A stretch of 60,817 nucleotides of DNA. It comes from Actinomycetes bacterium (lineage in GTDB: Bacteria > Actinomycetota > Actinomycetes > Actinomycetales > Cellulomonadaceae). The stretch covers positions 1 to 60,817 of the forward strand of contig JAEZZV010000131.1 of assembly GCA_023418375.1 (NCBI GenBank), given 5' to 3'. Below, piece by piece: positions 47,227-57,476 of the stretch; positions within the stretch are counted from its first letter, which is position 1; each line of letters starts with the position of its first letter. A program made the position numbers and the translations under genes. The notes beneath the pieces are model-generated. The model searched no databases. It was given only the letters and a program-made list of their open reading frames with translations, and was not told where the DNA came from.

Positions 47227-49245
47227 ATGCGACGTGCGTGGTTGACCGTGGCGGCAGCCGTCCTGGCGAGCGCGGTCGGCATGGCCCCCGCGAGCGCGGC
47301 GGCCGAGCCTGACTGGCCTCTGCAGCCCGGGTGGCCGCAGGACACGAGCCTGACGGGCGCCCGCCCGATGAACTACCCCATCGAGCACAGCCGGGGTTAC
47401 TCCGGCTGGTCGAAGCACTCGTCTCCCGCGATCGCGGACATCGACCTCGACGGCAGGGGGGAGATCGTCGTCGGCTCGCTCGACGGCCGCCTCTACGTCT
47501 ACAACCACGACGGCTCGCTCCTGTGGTGGCAGTACGTGGACGACCCGAACGCACAGCCCGGGTCCATCCAGAGCTCCCCCGCCGTGGGCGACCTCGACGG
47601 CGACGGCCGGCTCGAGATCGTCGTCGGCTCCGACAACGGGTGGGTCTTCGCCTTCCGCGCCGACGGGTCGATCAAGCCGGGCTGGCCGCAGTTCACCGGC
47701 TGGAACGCCGACCATGCGGCCGGAAAGTGCGCGACCGATGCCTGCACCGGCGTCGTCGCCCCCCCCACGCTCGCCGACCTGGACGGGAACGGGACCCTCG
47801 AGGTCATCGCGGGGTCCTACAGCCACTACATGTACGTGTGGGACCACACCGGCGCCGTGCTGCCCGGCTGGCCGGTGGACGTCTGGGACGGCATCGCGTC
47901 CGGCGCGGCCGTCGGCGACCTCAACGGTGACGGGCGCCCCGAGATCGTCGTGGGCAGCGACGTCGCCTACGACTGCGCCGACTGCAAGCCGTACGGCGTG
48001 CTGGCCAAGGGCGGCCTCCTCCACGCGTTCACGCTCAACGGGCACGAGCTCTCCGGGTGGCCGTTCCGCACCGACTCGTTCATGCACTCGACGCCGGCCC
48101 TGGCCGACCTCGACGGCGACCGCCGCCTTGAGGTCCTCGCCGGCGGCGGCCTGTTCCCCACTGAGGCGAACACGCGGGGGCACAAGCTGTGGGTGGTCGG
48201 CTTCGACGGGGCGCTGCGGTGGTCCTTCCAGACCCGCGGGAACCTCATCGCCGCCCCGACCGTCGGCAACGTCACCGGCGACGGGCGCGTCGAGATCGCC
48301 CTCGCCGACTACTCGGGTGTGACGTACCTGCTCACCAGCACCGGGCACCCGATCTGGAGCAGCGAAGGGCGCACCGACCGCGCGACGAACGGGTCAGGTG
48401 CCCACTTCGCTGCCCCCGTGCTCGCCGACGTGACAGGCGACGGGCGGGCCGAGGTCGTCACGACCGACAGCAACTGGCACGTGAAGGCGTTCGACGCCGC
48501 CTCCGGGACGGTGGTCGCCGACACCGGGACGACCTTCCCGGTGTGGAGCAGCGCCGCGGTCGCCGACATCGACGGCGACGGGACGAACGAGGTCGTCGCG
48601 GGCTCGGCCGCGAGAAACGGCCCGAGTGCGGCAAGCTGCAACCCCGCGTTCATCGAGGACTGCGCCGGCGTCGGCCGCCTCTACGTGTGGGACACCCCCG
48701 GCCGCGGTGGCCTGGTGGCTCCGCAGTTCCAGGGCACCCGGGTCGTCCCGGTGGACCGGTCGCTCGTGCCTACCGACCCCACGGGGCCCACCGCCCGCGT
48801 GTACCGGTTCTGGAGCCCACGCTTCGACAACGCCCACTTCTTCACGACGAGCGGCACCGAGGCGCGCCAGATCATCGACACGGACGCGAACTGGGTCTAC
48901 GAGGGCACGGCCTTCTCGACGCTGACGGCCAGTGGCGGACAGTGCACCTCGGGGGGGCAGGCGGTCCACCGGTTCTACTCGCCGGTCTTCCGGTCGCACT
49001 TCTACACGCAGAACGCGACCGAGAAGGACCAGATCGTCGCAAACGACCGCAACTGGGTCTACGAGGGCGTCGCCTACTGCGCCCCCGCCACCCAGCAGGC
49101 CGGCACCGTACCGCTGTACCGCTTCTGGAGCGCCCGCTTCAGCAAGCACCACTTCACCGCCAGCCAGGCGGAGGCGGACCAGCTCCGCACGCGCGACCCC
49201 AACTGGACCTATGAGGGGGTCGCCTACTACGTGACGCCGGCATGA
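47227..49245 (+). CDS. Secreted FG-GAP/VCBS repeat protein with C-terminal DUF5648-like repeats
   Basis: Signal peptide; repeated SPA.ADLDGDG..EIV.GS; three YRF.S....HF.T...E......NW.YEG.A repeats; GAGGAGG RBS. Confidence 0.85.
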   Translation: MRRAWLTVAAAVLASAVGMAPASAAAEPDWPLQPGWPQDTSLTGARPMNYPIEHSRGYSGWSKHSSPAIADIDLDGRGEIVVGSLDGRLYVYNHDGSLLWWQYVDDPNAQPGSIQSSPAVGDLDGDGRLEIVVGSDNGWVFAFRADGSIKPGWPQFTGWNADHAAGKCATDACTGVVAPPTLADLDGNGTLEVIAGSYSHYMYVWDHTGAVLPGWPVDVWDGIASGAAVGDLNGDGRPEIVVGSDVAYDCADCKPYGVLAKGGLLHAFTLNGHELSGWPFRTDSFMHSTPALADLDGDRRLEVLAGGGLFPTEANTRGHKLWVVGFDGALRWSFQTRGNLIAAPTVGNVTGDGRVEIALADYSGVTYLLTSTGHPIWSSEGRTDRATNGSGAHFAAPVLADVTGDGRAEVVTTDSNWHVKAFDAASGTVVADTGTTFPVWSSAAVADIDGDGTNEVVAGSAARNGPSAASCNPAFIEDCAGVGRLYVWDTPGRGGLVAPQFQGTRVVPVDRSLVPTDPTGPTARVYRFWSPRFDNAHFFTTSGTEARQIIDTDANWVYEGTAFSTLTASGGQCTSGGQAVHRFYSPVFRSHFYTQNATEKDQIVANDRNWVYEGVAYCAPATQQAGTVPLYRFWSARFSKHHFTASQAEADQLRTRDPNWTYEGVAYYVTPA

Positions 49246-49433
49246 CCGGCAACAACGGGTGCCCTCCCGCAGACCGCTCCGGACGCCTCGCTCGCCGCTC
49301 CCGGCCTGGTACCGCCGCGCCGGAAGGTGACGACCGCCTCGATCGCTCCCGGCCTCGGCCACGCAAGCCGAGCAGAGCCCGGGGGGGAGATGAGAGGCGG
49401 TCCGCGACATCATCGACCACTTCGCCGACCCTG

Positions 49434-50444
49434 GTGACAAGCACCCGGGTCGAGTGGATGGATGCCCTTCGCGGCGGCGCGATCCTCCTCCTCCTCCTCC
49501 AGCACGCCACCGAGTACGCGCGGGAGGTGTCCGAGGTACCGCTCTGGCTCACCATGCTCTCGCAAGCGGCGCAACCGTTCCGGATGCCGGTGCTGATGCT
49601 CCTGTCCGGCATGCTCCTCGAGCGCTCCCTGGCCAAACCGCTCGGTGACTACTACCGAGGGAAGTTCCAGCATGCCCTCTGGCCATATCTCGTATGGCAC
49701 GCCGTCGACCTGCACTTCCACTTCGGCTTCCCCCTGAGCGACGTGCGCGCCTGGTGGGGGTGGACCTACCTGTGGTTCCTCTTCTACATCATCCTCTTCT
49801 ACGTCGTCGCGCCGGCGTTCCGACGCTTGCCGTCGTGGGTACCGGTGTGCCTCGCACTCGCGGCTGCAGTCGCGATCGATCTCGCGCCCTTCGACCCATC
49901 GCCGCTCTGGCGTCCTGACCGACTCGCCTACTACGCGGTGTTCTTCTTCAGTGGCTACTGGGCGGCGCCTCGCATCGCGCGAGCCGTGGCCCTGGTCAGC
50001 GAGCTCAGACACGGGACGTTCACCGGCCTCGTCGTCGTGGGGGTGGTGGCCAACGCGTCGCTGGCCATCAACCTCACGGAGAAGGTCTGGGCGATCCCGC
50101 TCGTCCTCGCCGGCGCGCTTGCGGCCGCGGGCCTCGTTGCGAGACTCTGCGCCCATCACCCGTCTGCGCGCATCAGGTTCATCGGCATGCGCAGCCTCGT
50201 CTACTACGTGGTGCACGTGCCGCTCATCCTGCTCGTCCTCGAGTTCCTGCCCGACCAGACGCTCAGCGGGCTGATGGCGGTCCCCGTTCTCCTAGTCGCG
50301 TGTCTCGCCGCAATCACACCTCTTGCGGCGCTCTCGCACCGCTGGCCGGTCTCATGGCTCTTCGCCGCTCCATGGCCATCCACGCGTCGGGCGGCACGTC
50401 CTCCGACGCACGCAGGAGGCAGCAGGGCCACGCGCGACCCGTGA
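49434..50444 (+). CDS. Acyltransferase family 3 (membrane O-acyltransferase)
   Basis: R.EWMDALRG.AI.L...H, PFRMP...LSG, LWFL, IG.RSL.YYVVH. The ORF is open from 49242. Confidence 0.85.
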   Translation: MTSTRVEWMDALRGGAILLLLLQHATEYAREVSEVPLWLTMLSQAAQPFRMPVLMLLSGMLLERSLAKPLGDYYRGKFQHALWPYLVWHAVDLHFHFGFPLSDVRAWWGWTYLWFLFYIILFYVVAPAFRRLPSWVPVCLALAAAVAIDLAPFDPSPLWRPDRLAYYAVFFFSGYWAAPRIARAVALVSELRHGTFTGLVVVGVVANASLAINLTEKVWAIPLVLAGALAAAGLVARLCAHHPSARIRFIGMRSLVYYVVHVPLILLVLEFLPDQTLSGLMAVPVLLVACLAAITPLAALSHRWPVSWLFAAPWPSTRRAARPPTHAGGSRATRDP

Positions 50445-50493
50445 CTCGAACGGGCTCACGCCCCGAAGCTCTTGTACCAGCCGCGGACCTCGA

Positions 50494-51489
50494 TGTACTG
50501 ACCGCGAAGGCTGACCAGTCGGGTAACCGGTGGACTGTACCCCCAGGCGCCGTGCGGTCGGCGGCGGCTGTTCTCGCGGGGCCACACTGCCGGGGCAGCT
50601 CTTCGTTCGCATTCTGAGGTGTACCAGCGGGTGTAGCCCCAACCGTCGGCCAAGGCACGGTGGAGGCGCTCGCTCTTGCCCTTGGTCTGCGGGCCGGCGT
50701 GGCAGGGTCCGGGAGTGCTTGATCGCGAACTCGGCGCAGACGTCGCGCCAGCGGTCGGAGACGCAGGGCGAGCCGTTGTCGGACAGGACCCACTGGGTGG
50801 TGGTGCTGCGCGGGCGGCGAACCAGGCGACTGCCCGTCGCCGGGCGTCGGGCGCCGGTCGCGGTGGCGGCGATCTCGTCGTCGTGGACCTCGGCATGGGC
50901 GACGCAGGAGTGGTCCTCGACCACCGTGTGTACGAACGCGTGGCCCGTCTTCGGGTCGCAGGTCCTGCTCTTGTGCTTGCCGGGCGTCGCCGCGCGGTTG
51001 CGTATGCACTGACCGTGCCCGATGAAGGGCTAGCTAGCCGCCGCCATCGGCGATGTTGCCGAGCCTCTTGACGTCCACGTGCAGCATCGCGCCGGGCTGG
51101 TCGCGTTCGAAGCGTCGCACCGGCTTCCTCGGTGGCCGATTGACGTGGCCCAGCTGGCTCGGGCCGCACCGGGTGAACAACCGGTGCGCGGTGTACGGCG
51201 TGGCACCGATCAGCACGGGTGGCTGCACCGGTCCAGCCGCTTGCGCAGACGCAGCGAGACGATCCGGCCCGTGGTGACCCGATCCGTCTTGCTCGGAATC
51301 AACCGCGGGCGAGAGGGGCGGTTCTGCTTCGGCTGCCCCTTTCGCGCGCCGATCGGCACACCGCTTCACCCTCGGCCACGATCACTGGAACCGAGCCGCG
51401 ATCTCCGCGATCGGAGCTTTCTGATCGACCACCAGACGAGCGACCGTGAGCCGAGTTCGGGGTGTCAGGGCGGCGTTGGCGGGGACCAC
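50494..51489 (-). pseudogene. Frameshifted IS481-family transposase
   Basis: Fragments in different frames: PANAALTP, RFERDQPGAMLHVDVKRLGNIADGGG, HT.VEDHS, LSDNGS, PQTKGKSERLHR. Confidence 0.85.
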
Positions 51490-51611
51490 GAGGGCCTCTG
51501 TGCGTGACGCGGATGCTCTGGGCGCTTCCACTCCACCGCCGGAGGCCCTCCTCGCGCAATCGCTGAGATCAGCGCATCACACAAGCTCGACCGACGTCGC
51601 GGGTCAGTACA
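50494..51611 (-). mobile_element. Degenerate IS481-family insertion sequence
   Basis: Terminal inverted repeats TGTACTGACC at 50494 and GGTCAGTACA ending at 51611, enclosing transposase fragments. Confidence 0.85.
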
Positions 51612-51668
51612 GCTAGATCGCCGGTGAGCCCGTTGGCGCGAGAACAGGCGCCAGCGGCCCGTCCGCCG

Positions 51669-52739
51669 TCACACTGGGCGGGGCGCGCCTCGGGGACGCC
51701 GTTTCACGGCGCGCATGACCGGGCGCTCGACGAGAAACCAACTCCCTACCGCAAGGGGAACTGTCACCGCGACGGCAAGCAGGATGTGAAGGGCCACCGA
51801 TGACATCCCCAGACCGGTGACGGCGAGCAGCTGCTGGGCAGGGAACGCGTACACGTACGTCCCGTACGAGATGTCGTTTCTCTGGACCCAGCGCGCGCTC
51901 GGGAGCCACGTCCCGAGCCACAGCAGCGCATACGCCACCGCGGGTGCGGCGAGTTGGGGAGCGCCACGGTCGAGCACCAAGATCCCAGCGGCCAGGATCA
52001 CGGCGCCGACCAGGGCACCCACGAAGCGGAACTGGATCCGGTCTCCGGCTGCGCGGAGCACGGCTCCCCCTAGGAACAGCGGAAGGAGTTTGAGCAACTG
52101 GGCGAGCTCTCCATTGCCGCCAAAGACGTCGCTGAGGCCTGCATCCCAGAGGACATATGCGGACGCGGAGGCCAGCCACGCCAACCCGATCACCCAGAAG
52201 GCGCGCCTGCGCACGAAGGGCACGGTGAGGAAGGCTGCGATCACCAAGTAGCAGATGAACTCGTAGTAGAGCGTCCAGATGGAGCCGTTCCAAACGCCCG
52301 CGAACGGAACGGTCGACGGCGTGCCCGCGATGTCGTACGCACTGACCCGAAGCGTCGAGTTAGAGAAGAGGTAGTTCAAGGGGTGCGTGGCAGTTGTCCA
52401 GTACGCGCCCAGGCTGCCTTTCTCGACCAGGTAACCCAATGGACCGAACACGAGAACCATCATGAGAAGGCAGACCCAGTAGGCCGGCATGAGTCGCGCG
52501 AGCCGGTGAACAAGGTACTCCCCGAGCGGGTGCGAGAGCCGACTATGCGTCACGAGGTATCCGGAAATCCCGAAGAACCCGTACACCGCCCAGCCACCGA
52601 GGTTGTCGCCGTGAATGACTGGGCCAAACCCTGCACCTGTGACGTAGAAGGCGTGGGCGAAGATCACCGTAGAAGCGAGCAGCAGCCGGATGAGGTTCAG
52701 GCTGTTGCGCGCCGGGTACCCGACGACTCCCCCTGGCAC
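51669..52739 (-). CDS. Acyltransferase family 3 (O-acetyltransferase)
   Basis: NSLNLIRL..A..V..AH, FFGISGYLV..S, R.ARL.P, NGSIWTL.YE..CY, DISYG.Y.YAFP.QQ, SW.LVERP. Confidence 0.9.
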   Translation of the reverse strand: MPGGVVGYPARNSLNLIRLLLASTVIFAHAFYVTGAGFGPVIHGDNLGGWAVYGFFGISGYLVTHSRLSHPLGEYLVHRLARLMPAYWVCLLMMVLVFGPLGYLVEKGSLGAYWTTATHPLNYLFSNSTLRVSAYDIAGTPSTVPFAGVWNGSIWTLYYEFICYLVIAAFLTVPFVRRRAFWVIGLAWLASASAYVLWDAGLSDVFGGNGELAQLLKLLPLFLGGAVLRAAGDRIQFRFVGALVGAVILAAGILVLDRGAPQLAAPAVAYALLWLGTWLPSARWVQRNDISYGTYVYAFPAQQLLAVTGLGMSSVALHILLAVAVTVPLAVGSWFLVERPVMRAVKRRPRGAPRPV

Positions 52740-53612
52740 TCAGGCCCTCTCGGAGAATGCGTGCGGACCCGCGAGGATGAGGTTCGCTTGGCCGGTTGGA
52801 CCCGCCGAAGCACAGAAGCGCATGACCCCCTCAATGTCCGTCTCGACGACGGACGCGTTCTGCAGAAGCCGGATGTCGAGTCCCTGTGCCCGATACTGGT
52901 CGAGTACTGCCCTGGGGGCCAGGCCGCGTGCCCTGATCGCCTCCGGCCAGAACTCCGAGACGATGACGATGCCCGGGTTGTCACGGATGATCCTGACCAT
53001 GCCGCCGACCACGTCGGTCTCGAAGCCCTGTACGTCGATCTTCACGACGTCGACCCGTCCCGTCACGAGGTCGTCCATCGCGGCCATGGCAGCGACGCGC
53101 GTGGCGATCCCCGTCGGATGCTCGGCGACGCGCGTGTCGCCGATGTTGTGCTCGGCGGACGTGATGGTCACGGTTCCAGTCCCACGTCCCAGGGCCAGTG
53201 GGTAGACCTCGACGGGCCTCGGCACCCCCCACACGTTCAGTCGCAGGATGCCGACCAGAGCCGGATGCGGTTCGAAGGCGAGCACGCGTGCGGGCTGGCA
53301 CGTTGTCGCGATGAGCCGGGAGAAGTAACCGACGTTCGCCCCGACATCGACGAAGACCGAGTCCGGGGTGACGAGGGAACGGAGGATCTTGCCCTCCGCC
53401 GGCTCCCACGTGCCGTTGTTGCGGAGGTACGGCAACATGACGCCATCGTCCGCGCGGAGCCAGATCGGCCCGGCGTCGGAGGCGACCTCCACGATGCCAG
53501 GTCCCTCGTAGGGTCCCGGAACGGCGCGGGGATGCACAAGAGGCACGGCACTGCGCCGCTGACGCTGACCGTTGCCAAGACGGCGCCTGATGATGTCGCT
53601 CATCTCCTTCAC
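52740..53612 (-). CDS. FkbM-family methyltransferase
   Basis: GTWEP, FVDVGANVGYF, AFEP, KIDVQGFE, EFWP. Confidence 0.9.
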   Translation of the reverse strand: MKEMSDIIRRRLGNGQRQRRSAVPLVHPRAVPGPYEGPGIVEVASDAGPIWLRADDGVMLPYLRNNGTWEPAEGKILRSLVTPDSVFVDVGANVGYFSRLIATTCQPARVLAFEPHPALVGILRLNVWGVPRPVEVYPLALGRGTGTVTITSAEHNIGDTRVAEHPTGIATRVAAMAAMDDLVTGRVDVVKIDVQGFETDVVGGMVRIIRDNPGIVIVSEFWPEAIRARGLAPRAVLDQYRAQGLDIRLLQNASVVETDIEGVMRFCASAGPTGQANLILAGPHAFSERA

Positions 53613-54757
53613 ACCCTCGTTGGATACGAGTACCGATCCACGGCGTCCGCTCGACCCTCGAGGAGCGCACAGGCCTGCTCTCCGTGGTCGAACAGGTTCA
53701 CCGCGACGGGCTCCGTGCCGAAGAACTCGCGGGTGAGGCGACCGACGTCTGCACCTTCCTCGATCGCGAGCTCCCAGGTGAACCCCTGGAACGTCGCACG
53801 GACGGCCCCAAGGCCGTCGGGGGCAACGGCGACCCTCACGACAGCCGACTCCCCGGGGGGCCGGGGAAGCCAGCCGACCTCGATGGAGTAGCCAAAGCTC
53901 CGCCCGGCCTGCCGGACGATCTCCTCGAGCGCGTCGCGTTGCGCCGTCACAGAGATACCCGAGCTCTCGAAGGCGGCGACCTGATCACGGAACTGCGGGT
54001 ACCGCAGGTCGATGATCGCTTCATTAGCCGGAACCGTGTACTCGCCGTGGTTGAGAACACCAGCATCCCGGTTGCTTCCGCCACCGGCGTGGTACACGAA
54101 GACCCCAGGCGCGAGACCGATGCGGTAGCCGAGCACACGGCTGCGCAGCGTCCAGTCGGTCTCCTCGCAGTACCCGCGGCCGAAGACGGGATCCATGAGG
54201 CCCACGTCCCGCAGGACCTCCGTGGGGATGAGGATGCAGAAGGAGATGCCGGCAGGGATGTCCATGACCGCGCCACGGAAGTGGCCCTCCACGGTGGCAC
54301 TGAGCCAGTCGACCACATCCTGGTCGGCGAGATAGCGGTCGGGGTCCGCGTTGGGCAAGGAGTAGATGGACACGTTGTTCGACCATGCGGTGACCGAACC
54401 CACGCCGTCCTGGTCCGCTGCGGCCAACATCCCATCGATCAAGTTCCGCGGGTAGATCACGTCCGAGTTGGAGATGATCACGTAGTCGTATCCCCGACGT
54501 AGCGCCGCCTGAAGCCCGAGGTTGACGTTGCGAGGGATGCCGAGGTTCCGCGGGCTCCGGTAGTACTCGATCCCGAGACCGTCACAGAGGTCGCGGAGAT
54601 CGTCGCTCCAGCCGGGCTCGGGCGAGCAGTCGTCGAGCACGAGGACGTCGATCGCGACCCTCTCGGACGAGAGGCGCCGTGCCGACTCGAGGGCCCGAGG
54701 CGTGAACGAGCGACCGTTGTAGACGGTGATGCACAGGAGCAGCCGTGGAGTGTTCAC
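53609..54757 (-). CDS. Glycosyltransferase family 2
   Basis: VYNG, LDDCS, NLG.PRNVN, NSD, FGRGYCEETDW, VYH.GG.S. Confidence 0.88.
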   Translation of the reverse strand: MNTPRLLLCITVYNGRSFTPRALESARRLSSERVAIDVLVLDDCSPEPGWSDDLRDLCDGLGIEYYRSPRNLGIPRNVNLGLQAALRRGYDYVIISNSDVIYPRNLIDGMLAAADQDGVGSVTAWSNNVSIYSLPNADPDRYLADQDVVDWLSATVEGHFRGAVMDIPAGISFCILIPTEVLRDVGLMDPVFGRGYCEETDWTLRSRVLGYRIGLAPGVFVYHAGGGSNRDAGVLNHGEYTVPANEAIIDLRYPQFRDQVAAFESSGISVTAQRDALEEIVRQAGRSFGYSIEVGWLPRPPGESAVVRVAVAPDGLGAVRATFQGFTWELAIEEGADVGRLTREFFGTEPVAVNLFDHGEQACALLEGRADAVDRYSYPTRV

Positions 54758-55056
54758 CTGCGGATCAGCCTCGCGCGTCCGTCACCCAGGCCGCGACTGA
54801 CCCGGTACGCGAGTGACGACGTGATCTCGGCCAACTGGTTGCGCAGCCCGTCCTTCTCGACCTCCGCCTGGCGGAGCCGCAGGGTCGTCTCCGAGAGCTC
54901 GGAGCGCACGCGGATGAGCTCCTGGCTCATCTCCGTGAGCCGACCCGTCAGGTCCACGACCCTGTTGTTGGCAATCTCGAAGTCGACCAGCGCCTGCTCG
55001 AGGCTGATCGCGTCGAGCTGTCCCGGCGTCTGGGCTCCCGGTCGGTTCTCAGTCAT
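54754..55056 (-). CDS. Small coiled-coil protein
   Basis: Heptad-rich SLEQAL.DFE.AN.RV.DL..RL region and basic amphipathic tail; GTGA overlap with the downstream GT2. Confidence 0.7.
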   Translation of the reverse strand: MTENRPGAQTPGQLDAISLEQALVDFEIANNRVVDLTGRLTEMSQELIRVRSELSETTLRLRQAEVEKDGLRNQLAEITSSLAYRVSRGLGDGRARLIRR

Positions 55057-55077
55057 GGTCTCGCTCTCTCGTGTGGA

Positions 55078-57054
55078 CTACTGCCCGACCGCACTGATGC
55101 GGGGGCGTCCAAGGGTCTCCAGGTAGGTCGTGACCAGTCGGTCCGCGCAGTGCGCCCACGTGAGGCGACCGGACGACGAGCGGACGGCATCCACCTGCGC
55201 CCTTGCCGCATCGGCATCCTGCATCAGGTACTCAAGGACATCCGCCATCGCCGACGGCGACCAGTCCCTCGCGCGGACCGGCACGTCCGCGAGCAACTCG
55301 TCGAGCGGACCGAAGCCCACGAAGGCGCACGGAGTACCGAAGGCGGCGGCCTCGAACGGGACGAGCCCGAAGCCCTCTGCGGACGTCGGGTAGGCGACGA
55401 CGTCCGCATGCTTCAGCAGCCAGTCCCGCTCGCTCGACGTCACGTCGGGCAGGACGATCGGGCGCTCAGCACCGGCGACGGCCAGAGCCTCGGCGTCCCG
55501 CGTGGATCCGAATGGCACCACAGCGCCTGCCAGGACCAGGCGGGCGGCGCTGCCCCGACGTCGGAGCTCGTGCCACGCCTGGACAGCGATGTCGCGGTTC
55601 TTGTGCCCATACGAAGCACCCATGACCAGGATGAACGGCGCACCCACAGCGTCCGCCCTCAGCATCTCCACCGGCACGGTCGGCGTGCTCTCCGTCGGAC
55701 GGAGGTGATCTGTGCCGGCCTCGACGACCGTCACGGCGTCAGGTGCGATCGGTAGCCACGCCGCCTGGATGGCCCGGCGCGTGTCGTGAGAAAGGGCGAC
55801 GACCCTGTCCACCGAGCACGCTGCCCGCCGCATGAACGCGCGGTACGCCTGCCACTCCCCCGGCTCCATGAAGTAGGAACCGTTCTCGTAGGCGATGAGG
55901 TCTTGGATGGTCACGACGGTGCGCCGCGCGATCCGTCGCCAGTGCTCGAACGGAAGGTACCCGCTCGGCTGGAACGGACGATGGAGGACGTCCACGTCGT
56001 GCACGCCCGGGAAGTTCCCGCCGTCTTCGGGGCAGACCACGACCTTCGAATGCTGGAGGATCTGTCCGGCATAGGCGGGGACGCTGCCACCGGGGGTCCC
56101 GACGAAGATCCGGCTGACGCCCGGATGCTGAGCCAGGGCATCGATCTGGTTGAGGACCGAGACCTGGGTCCCCATCTCGTACGGCCCCAGACAACTCGCA
56201 TCGATGGCGATCCGCAGGCCGAACGTGGCGGCACGACAGTACTCGAGCGCACCCGCCAAAGGTCCGACAGCCGAGTCGCGCTCAGCGTCGAAGCCGCTGG
56301 GGAACTCCGGGTACCGGACGTGGAGCCAGTGACGTACGAACGGATCGTCGACGGCGTCACCCGCCCACGAGGGGGTGAGCGGACGGGTGACGAATGTCGA
56401 TGGGTCGACGGCGTTGATCATCCCCCGACGCGCGGCGCGTAGCGCGAAGTCGAGCACCGCCACCTCGGGGCTGGGCGAGGATCGATCGAGCCCGCCGATC
56501 GACGTGAGCACGGCACACGAGAGCAGGACACCTGCACCGACAGGCACTGGAATGGGCGTCGGGCGTGAACGCACCGCCGGAATCGCCCGGAGGACCTGGG
56601 TGAGGGATTCTTCGTTGTGGCCGTTCGCCACCAGACCCGAAGGTCGGTTCCTGTCGGGGAAGCTGAGGTAGTTGGCGTTGTTCGACCAGAAGGACACCGT
56701 GGCGACGCGGACGTCGTCATCCATCAGTGCGTTCGCCGCATCGAGGCCACCGGGCGGTATGACTACGGGCGCCGTCGCCAGGAACAGTGATACGTCTGGG
56801 CCTTTCTCCAGCCTCTCGATCATGGTCACGAGATCCGCGGACGAGGCCGAGAAGCCGTCCAGCGCCTCAAGGCGCGCATCGAAGCGGGTCCCCGGCTCGA
56901 CCAGGGCAATCACCGGGACGTGGGCGCGGGTGAGGGACTCGATAGTTGACGCCCAGATCTCCGTGCGTGAGCCGACACACAGGACGGCCGTGGAGCGCGG
57001 GCCGTCCAGCGGCCCCACGTTGTCAACCGACTCCACGGCCCGGCCCCCAATCAT
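55078..57054 (-). CDS. Glycosyltransferase (degenerate GT2-like N-terminus plus GT4 C-terminus)
   Basis: ATVS.WSN, DF.LRA.RRG; GTQ, DLIAY, HKNR, YPTSAEGFGLVPFEAA. Confidence 0.85.
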   Translation of the reverse strand: MIGGRAVESVDNVGPLDGPRSTAVLCVGSRTEIWASTIESLTRAHVPVIALVEPGTRFDARLEALDGFSASSADLVTMIERLEKGPDVSLFLATAPVVIPPGGLDAANALMDDDVRVATVSFWSNNANYLSFPDRNRPSGLVANGHNEESLTQVLRAIPAVRSRPTPIPVPVGAGVLLSCAVLTSIGGLDRSSPSPEVAVLDFALRAARRGMINAVDPSTFVTRPLTPSWAGDAVDDPFVRHWLHVRYPEFPSGFDAERDSAVGPLAGALEYCRAATFGLRIAIDASCLGPYEMGTQVSVLNQIDALAQHPGVSRIFVGTPGGSVPAYAGQILQHSKVVVCPEDGGNFPGVHDVDVLHRPFQPSGYLPFEHWRRIARRTVVTIQDLIAYENGSYFMEPGEWQAYRAFMRRAACSVDRVVALSHDTRRAIQAAWLPIAPDAVTVVEAGTDHLRPTESTPTVPVEMLRADAVGAPFILVMGASYGHKNRDIAVQAWHELRRRGSAARLVLAGAVVPFGSTRDAEALAVAGAERPIVLPDVTSSERDWLLKHADVVAYPTSAEGFGLVPFEAAAFGTPCAFVGFGPLDELLADVPVRARDWSPSAMADVLEYLMQDADAARAQVDAVRSSSGRLTWAHCADRLVTTYLETLGRPRISAVGQ

Positions 57055-57476
57055 CCACCCACGTGGCGGTGGTCCCCAGCCGGCGCAGTGCTCCGCCCGA
57101 CCTCGCGGGAGTGTAGCCGGTCAGCGCGGTCGGTCATCCGCAGCGCGCGGCCCGTCCCCGTGCTTTTTGGGCACGAGTGTCCTCTTTGGCCGTATCCTGC
57201 AGAGATTCACCCGCGGCTCGCCGGTTCCCTAGGTATCTCGACCCACTTCTGCCGGGACTGGCAAGGCGACGGAGGCGGGTGTCGTAACCTTACGGGGTGA
57301 CCGCCTGGAGGGCCCGAATGCCAGGTCAGGGGAAGAGAGGCACGGATGACGGAAGCTGCCGCGATCGACCGCGTGACCGCACGGACCGCAACGGACGGAC
57401 GCTGGCTCGCTCAAGCGATTGGCGGATCGTCGCACGTCGGCCACGCTCAGCGATCCTGCGTCGCGGCCGCGATGTC

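Noticed and set aside
50314..51559. Intact transposase or programmed frameshift
   Set aside because: Motifs are spread over several frames with an internal stop and altered conserved residues, consistent with decay.
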